Assembly (NCBI GenBank): GCA_050012135.1
Contig: JBEKHT010000002.1
Span: 71,268-135,267, forward strand
DNA length: 64,000 nt
From: Anaerolineales bacterium
GTDB lineage: Bacteria; Chloroflexota; Anaerolineae; Anaerolineales; RBG-16-64-43
Direction of reading: 5' to 3'
Below, piece by piece: positions 58,058 through 64,000 of the stretch (positions are counted from its first letter, which is position 1; the number at the start of each line of letters is the position of its first letter). A program made the translations under genes and the position numbers. Below the pieces are notes generated by a model. The model ran no database searches and was not told the DNA's origin. It worked only from the letters and a program-made list of their open reading frames with translations.

Positions 58058-58991
58058 GCTTTCCCTGCTTCTGGGGCTCGTCACCTTGGCCCTGGGTTCT
58101 TGCCAAGGGGTCGAAAGCCCTGCGAGCCCACCCGGCCTGGTGGCCATTGTGCCCACAGTGGCGTCCGCCGCCACGTCCGTTTCGACCTCCGCTCCCGGAC
58201 CGGCCACTCCTCTTTCACCGGCCCAGGCTGTGCAAGATCCAGCTCAGACCGCGGTGCCTTTGAATGCGGATGATTGGGAGACCTGGCCAATTGTGCCAGC
58301 GGTGCCCGACGCCATGAAGGAGCTGTTCCAGCAGGGCCAAGCGCTTGGCAATGATCCGCATGCCTTCTCGGTTTTTGGGGATTGCCAGAGTACCCCGGAT
58401 GTCTTCATGGGGGTCTATGACACGGACCCGACCCAGGTTTCTCAGCTACCGCCCGCGCTGCAGGATACGGTTAGCTATTTTGCCGGTTCATTCAATCGTG
58501 AGAGCCCCACCTCCAGGAGTGGGACGACGGCGGGCGCGTTGCTGTGGGATCAGTGGACCGAAGGCAAATACGGCTGCGCTCCGAACGAAACCCCGGTGGA
58601 CTGCGAGCTGCGAGTCCAGCGACCCTCCTTTGTTCTCATCATGGTGGGAACACACTACGAGTCGCGAAACATCGACTACCTGCGCACGATCCTCAATGAC
58701 CTCCTGGGTCACGGGGTGGTGCCCATCGTCGCCACCAAAGCCGACGATCGCGAGCTTGACGATCACCTCAACCGGGACATGGCGGTCCTGGCCCTCCAGG
58801 ACAGCGTTCCCCTTTGGAATTTCTGGGCTTCGGTCAAGGATCAGCCGAACCACGATCTGTACACCAAGCCAATTGATAAACACCTCGGCGACATCTATCT
58901 GAATGATGACGGCCTGGAGCGGCATCGCTTCACGAGTCTGGAGGCGCTCGATGCAGTTCGACGGGCTGTCGGTGATTCCCTGTCCCCCTGA
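58041..58991 (+). CDS. putative lipoprotein, possibly SGNH/GDSL-like hydrolase fold
   Basis: 316 aa. The lipobox is LVTLALGSC, followed by a Pro/Ala/Ser linker. VFGDCQS resembles SGNH block I but has Cys in place of Ser. The GTG start overlaps the previous gene by 17 nt. Confidence 0.6.
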   Translation: MGTANRLSLLLGLVTLALGSCQGVESPASPPGLVAIVPTVASAATSVSTSAPGPATPLSPAQAVQDPAQTAVPLNADDWETWPIVPAVPDAMKELFQQGQALGNDPHAFSVFGDCQSTPDVFMGVYDTDPTQVSQLPPALQDTVSYFAGSFNRESPTSRSGTTAGALLWDQWTEGKYGCAPNETPVDCELRVQRPSFVLIMVGTHYESRNIDYLRTILNDLLGHGVVPIVATKADDRELDDHLNRDMAVLALQDSVPLWNFWASVKDQPNHDLYTKPIDKHLGDIYLNDDGLERHRFTSLEALDAVRRAVGDSLSP

Positions 58992-59309
58992 GCGCCCTAG
59001 CGGCGGATTCCTCCCGCTTGAGGGGCCAAGGGGGAGGCTCTTGTCTCTGCCGGCTGAGAGGTCGGCGAAGAGAAGGGCTCGGAGGGAGGAGAGGTTGCAG
59101 GGGCACAGGCCCGGTCTCGAGAGCTGGGAGTGCAGGCCGAGACAGGCTGAGCAGGTTCCACAAGCCTGGATGGCCTGCTGCTCTTTTCGGGTTTGAAGCC
59201 CTCCCGGACCCGACCCAGATCTTGATTGCCTCGCTGGGCCGGGGGAGAGGGTCCCAATCGTCCGGCCTCAAGGGATCTTGAGGGGCTCGAAGGCCTCGGC
59301 CTGTCTCCC

Positions 59310-61001
59310 TCAACCCCCTTCGGCGAGAAGTTTGTCCCGATTGGCTCCCCGCGCGATCTTGCCGCTGCTGGTTTTCACCAGCCAGCGCTCATCGACCAGC
59401 TTGAGGGGTCCCAGGGTCACCTCTGAGCCTGTGGCAACCGCTTCGCGGATGGACAGAGAGAGACGGGCCGGATCGGCGCGCGATCGAGGATCGGTTTCCA
59501 CAACGGCGGCAACTTCTTCGGTACCGAGTTCCGGGTTGAAGATCCCAAACACGACTACCCTGCCGGGATGAACGCCAGGGACCTGGTTGACGAGGGACTC
59601 GATATCCTGCGGGTAAATGTTCTTCCCTCCCACGATCATCAGGTCCTTCTTCCGCCCGGTGATGAAAACCTCGCCCTCCGCCAGATAGCCTAAGTCCCCG
59701 GTCCGGTACCAGCCATCGCGCAGGGCTTCGGCGGTGGCATCCGGTCGGTTGAAATACCTTTCCAGCATGCAGTCGCTTTGCAGCACGAGTTCGCCCACCT
59801 CGCGGTCCGGCCGGGGAGATCCATCCGAGTCGAGTACTCTCACCTCGCAATTGCGAAGCGGGGGGCCGGCCGAGACGACTTCAACCACGCGTGCCGAACC
59901 GGGTTCGGCCGGCCGCGCCAGAGCCTGACGTGCGAGGACATCGCCATCCACGCGATCGATCCGAACGGCCGCCCCAATTCCGCCCTGGCTGACGGCAAAC
60001 ACATTCTCGGCCATGGCGTAGCAGGTGGCCAGGGCGTCTTCGCTCAGTCCGCAAGCTCGAAAACGATTTGCGAACATGCGGTGGCTTTCCGCAGCCATCG
60101 GCTCGCTGCAATTGATGACGGCTCTCCAAGATGAGAGATTGACCCCAGACAGCTCGCGGTCCGGGATCCGCGCGGCGCTGAAGTTGTATGCAAAGTTGGG
60201 GAGCCACGAGAGCGTACCATGGTAGGTGCTCACCGCCTGAAGGAGCATCCAGGGTGCGCGCACCCATTCGAAGGGCGAAAGCATAACAAGTTTCGCGCCC
60301 GCCAGTATGGGAAGCAGGAATCCGGCAATCAGCCCCATATCGTGGTAGAGGGGGAGCCAGCTCACGATCACGTCCTGGGTGGAGAAGTCGAGGGCTGGAA
60401 GGTACGCCGCAAGCTGGCGCAGCACGGCTTGATGCGAGAGGGCCACCCCCTTTTGTAGCCCAGTGGTCCCCGACGAATGCTGCAAAAGGGCGAGCGAGCT
60501 CCCCTCCACCTTGAGGCCCTCCCATGAGCTGGGTTCGGGGATTCCCGCGCCGTCGAGGTGGTTGCCCGGGTCGAGAACCGCCTTCACTCCTTCCGCGTGG
60601 CCGAATCGGGCTCGCAAGACCGCGGCGAAATCCGATTCCGCGATCAGGGCCGCTGGACGGGTGATCGCGACCAGGGAGTCCAGGCTCTCTCTGTAGCGGT
60701 TGGGGTCGAGCTTCTCGGTCAGGAAGGGTAGGATGCTTGGAATCGCCCCGATCAGTGCAGCTCCGAAAAAGGAGTAAAGGAGATCTTCTCCGGGGGACAG
60801 GAGATCGACCACTACCTCCCCGGGTTGGATCCCGGCTGCGTGGTACCTGAGGGCGTACCCAGCCGCACCCTCAAAGAGGTGTCTGACCGTAATCAAGGTG
60901 TCGCCCCTGCGAAAATGGAGAATTGCAGCGATCTCTTCCGGCTCCTCCCGGTAGCGGCGGAAAAGGATCTGGGCGATGTTGCTCTCTGTGCGGATCATCA
61001 T
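59310..61001 (-). CDS. acyl-AMP ligase (adenylate-forming enzyme, FAAL-like)
   Basis: 563 aa. Motifs: LLQHSSGTTGLQKGVALSH..WLPLYHDMGL..YRTGDLGY..ITGRKKDLMIVGGKNIYPQDIE. 4-nt overlap with the ACP gene. Confidence 0.85.
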   Translation of the reverse strand: MMIRTESNIAQILFRRYREEPEEIAAILHFRRGDTLITVRHLFEGAAGYALRYHAAGIQPGEVVVDLLSPGEDLLYSFFGAALIGAIPSILPFLTEKLDPNRYRESLDSLVAITRPAALIAESDFAAVLRARFGHAEGVKAVLDPGNHLDGAGIPEPSSWEGLKVEGSSLALLQHSSGTTGLQKGVALSHQAVLRQLAAYLPALDFSTQDVIVSWLPLYHDMGLIAGFLLPILAGAKLVMLSPFEWVRAPWMLLQAVSTYHGTLSWLPNFAYNFSAARIPDRELSGVNLSSWRAVINCSEPMAAESHRMFANRFRACGLSEDALATCYAMAENVFAVSQGGIGAAVRIDRVDGDVLARQALARPAEPGSARVVEVVSAGPPLRNCEVRVLDSDGSPRPDREVGELVLQSDCMLERYFNRPDATAEALRDGWYRTGDLGYLAEGEVFITGRKKDLMIVGGKNIYPQDIESLVNQVPGVHPGRVVVFGIFNPELGTEEVAAVVETDPRSRADPARLSLSIREAVATGSEVTLGPLKLVDERWLVKTSSGKIARGANRDKLLAEGG

Positions 61002-61240
61002 CGGCGCAAGCGAATGAGCTGGGCGAGCTGGTTCAAGGTATCGAAGGTGCCTGGATTGAGCTCCGTGTCGTCGATCCGCACTCCGAATTCGGATTCGACG
61101 AAAAGTGCGAGGTCGACAAGATGGAAAGAATCCACCAGGCCGCTGGTGAGCAGCGCTTGTTCCGTGGGGATCTGCGCGGGAGGCAGGTGAAGGCAGTTGT
61201 CGGCCAAATAGGTACGCAACCGGTCCTCAATATCGTCCAT
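60998..61240 (-). CDS. acyl/peptidyl carrier protein
   Basis: ORF 60998..61306(-) trimmed to MDDIEDRLRTYLADN. The phosphopantetheine site motif is SGLVDSFHLVDLALFVE. Confidence 0.8.
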   Translation of the reverse strand: MDDIEDRLRTYLADNCLHLPPAQIPTEQALLTSGLVDSFHLVDLALFVESEFGVRIDDTELNPGTFDTLNQLAQLIRLRR

Positions 61241-61625
61241 GGATCTCTCCTGGATACCGGGCCAGAGTCTATCATGGGGGCCCGCGACCTCCACATCACG
61301 ATCCAAGGCGGCTCCAGAGTATCAGAGCCCAAGAAGCCAGGCGGAAGGCCACGCGCCGAGTTGGCGCTCTTCAGCCACATTTGCCGCATCGGGCGGCCGA
61401 TCCCTCTTGTCGACAGGTTGGCGACTGATTGTTTCCCAACTCGACCCTAGCGGGTTGTCAGTCGCAACCCCCGAGGAGGGCTTGGTTTTCGTGCCTCCGG
61501 GGGCCGAACCCACAGGCTGGTTTGCCCTGGGAAGAGTTTCAAAAGGAGCGAGCCTTGTCCGCCGGAGAGAGCCGCACATGAAGTCAGAGGGCGAGGCTGT
61601 TCCGGGTCGCGCGACTCGCGGCTCG

Positions 61626-62768
61626 TTAGCTGCAGGGCTGCGAGTGGATGGCCTCTGAGACTTCCTCGGCCAGGATGGATTCGCCTTGGACGGTCAAGTG
61701 AATGGGGCTGTTCGTGAATTCGCTGGCCGGAACGGTATCCCACACGTCCAGGTACGGCCAGCCAATCTGTTTCGCAAACTGACTCAGCATGAGACGGTAC
61801 TGGTCGTAGGCCCAGCGAGGGTAGAAGAGGTTGTAGCGGATATCGCTGTTCTTGCCAGAGCTCATGAGGATGGGTTCGTTGACGAGTAAGATGGGCACTT
61901 TCCCGGCCGCAAGCTGGCCGGCGGCTAGCACTCCGAAGGCAAGTTGGGATGGCTGAAGCGTGGGGCCGGAGGAACCGTTGAAGGAAGCATCCGGCTCAAA
62001 GTCCCGCTGGGCAGGCGTGAACGAGGCTGGGTAGACCTGATCCACCCCGGTCGCGGCCCACATCACCCCGTACAATTGAAGACGGACAAGATCGGCCAGA
62101 TCTCGCCGGCGGCCGATGATGGTCTGACTCCAGAAGCTCTCTGGAGGGAAGGCCGGATTATTGGGATCGAGCCCCAGATGATATCGGGCGATCAGATCGC
62201 GCACCCGGGGAGCATTGTTGGCCACTACGGGGGAGGCGAGCTGGGTCGAGAGAGGGAATGCCTGCAGCGTGGTGAACCAGAGGATGAGATCCGGTTGATA
62301 ATCCGCAGCTTGGTCAAGGATCATCAAGTCCTTGACCAGGGAGATGGTCGGATACCCCAAGTTGTAGAAGCGGGCCGGCTTGCCGCAGACAGCCAGGTGG
62401 TCCGTATTGAGAAGACCTGCAACGGTGTCCTCAGGCTTGAGGAGCAGACCCCAGACGGACGAGTCCCCCAGGATCAGGACCCGATACTGATCGGCAGGCT
62501 TGCTCCCGGCGGAAAGGACATGCGAGGCGAACATCGCATCGACGTCGTAGAGGCTGAGGTTGTAGAATTGCCCCGAATTCTCGCCAAACGGAAAGCGTTC
62601 GCGGCCGGGCACAAGAAGGTTGTAGGCCGAAATGCGACCAAGTCCTGAAGGATTGGCCGTGGCAAACCCCAAGTTGGCGAGGACAAATAGGATGAGTGTC
62701 TTGGCCAGGAGACGAAATGGGCGGATCGGCCGTCCAGGACCGTGGGGATTCCCAGGGGCCGTCATCAA
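61626..62768 (-). CDS. membrane-anchored SGNH-like protein (DltD-like)
   Basis: 380 aa. N-terminal TM is TLILFVLANLGFA, and VLILGDSSVWG is SGNH block I. 4-nt overlap with the MBOAT gene. Confidence 0.65.
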   Translation of the reverse strand: MMTAPGNPHGPGRPIRPFRLLAKTLILFVLANLGFATANPSGLGRISAYNLLVPGRERFPFGENSGQFYNLSLYDVDAMFASHVLSAGSKPADQYRVLILGDSSVWGLLLKPEDTVAGLLNTDHLAVCGKPARFYNLGYPTISLVKDLMILDQAADYQPDLILWFTTLQAFPLSTQLASPVVANNAPRVRDLIARYHLGLDPNNPAFPPESFWSQTIIGRRRDLADLVRLQLYGVMWAATGVDQVYPASFTPAQRDFEPDASFNGSSGPTLQPSQLAFGVLAAGQLAAGKVPILLVNEPILMSSGKNSDIRYNLFYPRWAYDQYRLMLSQFAKQIGWPYLDVWDTVPASEFTNSPIHLTVQGESILAEEVSEAIHSQPCS

Positions 62769-63988
62769 GGCACTCCTGCCAGCCGGCGGAGGAAGGCGAG
62801 AGTGAGCGAGGGTGTTGGCAACGCGAAGAATGCCCAGCCAAGGGCCACGTAGTGAAAGGTCACCAGCACGCCGATCACCTCCAGGAAGGTTCGACGGGGA
62901 GAAGATCGCGCCCAGGCGCTGATCGGTCTGCGCGTCAATTCACTCCAGCGATTCTGGAGAAACAGTCCGATGCCGTGCCACAGTCCCCAGAGCACAAAGT
63001 TGGTTGAGATCCCGTGCCAGAGACCGATGAGCAGCATCGTGCTGATCTGCGAAACGAAGACGATGGCACCGACCGGAATAGCATTCTTGCGGCTTCGTAG
63101 CGCGCGGGTCAGCGGATTGAAGAAGTAGGAACGGAACCACTGCGTCAAGCTCATGTGCCAGCTGTTCCAAAACAGCGCCAGATTGGACTTGAGGTACGGT
63201 GCGTTGAAGTTCTCGGGTAGCTGGATGCCCATCAGTCGTCCAACCCCGATGGCAATATCGGTGTACCCGCTGAAATCAAGATAGATCTGGAATGCGTAGG
63301 CATAGAGGAGCACCCAGGCCCAGCCGGCGCTTCGAACCTGGGTGGCGTTCGTCCCGTTGAGTGCGATGAGGGCCAGCGAGTCGGCGAGGACGAACTTCTT
63401 GAACATTCCTGTGACCAGACGCCGTCCTGCGGCCAACCACCCTTCCTGACCCAGGGCGACGGGGTGGCGCAGGTCTTGGATGAAGCGCTCAATTCGATCG
63501 ATGGGCCCGGCCGTCAGCGAGGGGAAGAAAATCACATAGGTAACATATTCGGCAAGGCTTACATCGGGAAGACGCCCGCTCTGCCGGTCGCGAAAAGTGT
63601 GGATCATCCGGAAGGCGATGTAGGAGAATCCGAGCCACTGTAGATCGGATACCGCAGCCAGGTTGGTCGGCTGCCCGGTCACAGCTCGGACTCCGGCGCT
63701 CGCTGCAATGCCCAGGGCGGGGGTCTTTAGGACGACGAAAACCGCCAGGAGGGCCGCGGTGAGCAGCCATAGGCCCGCGAAGGATTTGCCTCGGGATCGG
63801 GTGAGGCTGAAAAATGCAACCCCGACGGCCGCCACCAAACCGAGGATCGGTTCGAATTGCGGAGGGCGACTGGCCGTAAGAATGGGTTCAAGGTTGAGGT
63901 AGCGAGTCAGACCCAGCAGCAGGATGAGGCCCAGCACGATCGCGGCTGCCACCCAGTTCTGCGCTTCGCGACGGGAGGAAACCGGCAC
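62765..63988 (-). CDS. MBOAT family O-acyltransferase (DltB/AlgI-like)
   Basis: 407 aa, polytopic. Motifs: GFSYIAFRMIH..FFPSLTAGPIDR..WNSWHMSLTQWFRSYFFNP..GLWHG. Confidence 0.9.
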   Translation of the reverse strand: MPVSSRREAQNWVAAAIVLGLILLLGLTRYLNLEPILTASRPPQFEPILGLVAAVGVAFFSLTRSRGKSFAGLWLLTAALLAVFVVLKTPALGIAASAGVRAVTGQPTNLAAVSDLQWLGFSYIAFRMIHTFRDRQSGRLPDVSLAEYVTYVIFFPSLTAGPIDRIERFIQDLRHPVALGQEGWLAAGRRLVTGMFKKFVLADSLALIALNGTNATQVRSAGWAWVLLYAYAFQIYLDFSGYTDIAIGVGRLMGIQLPENFNAPYLKSNLALFWNSWHMSLTQWFRSYFFNPLTRALRSRKNAIPVGAIVFVSQISTMLLIGLWHGISTNFVLWGLWHGIGLFLQNRWSELTRRPISAWARSSPRRTFLEVIGVLVTFHYVALGWAFFALPTPSLTLAFLRRLAGVP

Positions 63989-64000
63989 GGTGAACAGCCA

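Noticed and set aside
58377-58385. GDC instead of GDS in the putative SGNH block I of the lipoprotein, i.e. a possible Cys nucleophile.
   Set aside because: The family assignment is itself uncertain, since I could not place blocks III and V convincingly. The substitution may therefore be meaningless.

Overview
Visibly GC-rich bacterial chromosomal window. The gene content (stand-alone NIL proteins, giant BTAD-STAND regulators, DUF488, DegV, a hyp cluster) feels Chloroflexota-like, but that is inference only. I call about 60 protein genes and one tRNA-Met(CAT). I found no rRNA, no CRISPR and no intact mobile element. Most of the window is housekeeping or accessory metabolism: pyrG, rpe, pgl, trmI, sua5/tsaC, a pgpH-like/ybeY/dgkA block, and several alpha/beta hydrolases. 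There is also a hypA ... hypB-F-C-D-(methyltransferase)-E maturation cluster, with no hydrogenase structural genes in view. Items worth a second look: (1) At 13.9-14.8 kb, a six-fold near-perfect 27-bp tandem repeat is readable as a repeat peptide on either strand. It sits next to an NHLP/LigA-like small ORF, downstream of a 1073-aa STAND-TPR-wHTH-BTAD regulator, and is preceded by a perfect 2 x 11-bp direct repeat. (2) A tight operon links an APC permease, a small membrane protein, a USP protein, NIL, RCK, RCK and NIL, with no Trk/Ktr channel gene. (3) A stand-alone PP2C/SpoIIE gene overlaps a small P-loop NTPase gene and is divergent from a Roadblock/LC7 gene. (4) A Dlt-like MBOAT / SGNH / ACP / acyl-AMP-ligase cassette lies at the right edge. 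(5) A histidine kinase has Gln at the phospho-His position, and a LuxR response regulator lacks all phospho-acceptor residues and heads two signal-less S1C proteases. Caveat: at least five loci have broken or decayed reading frames, one of them at a 7-nt homopolymer. Indel-type assembly error versus true pseudogenisation must be settled before over-interpreting. All calls come from reading translations by eye; no searches were run.
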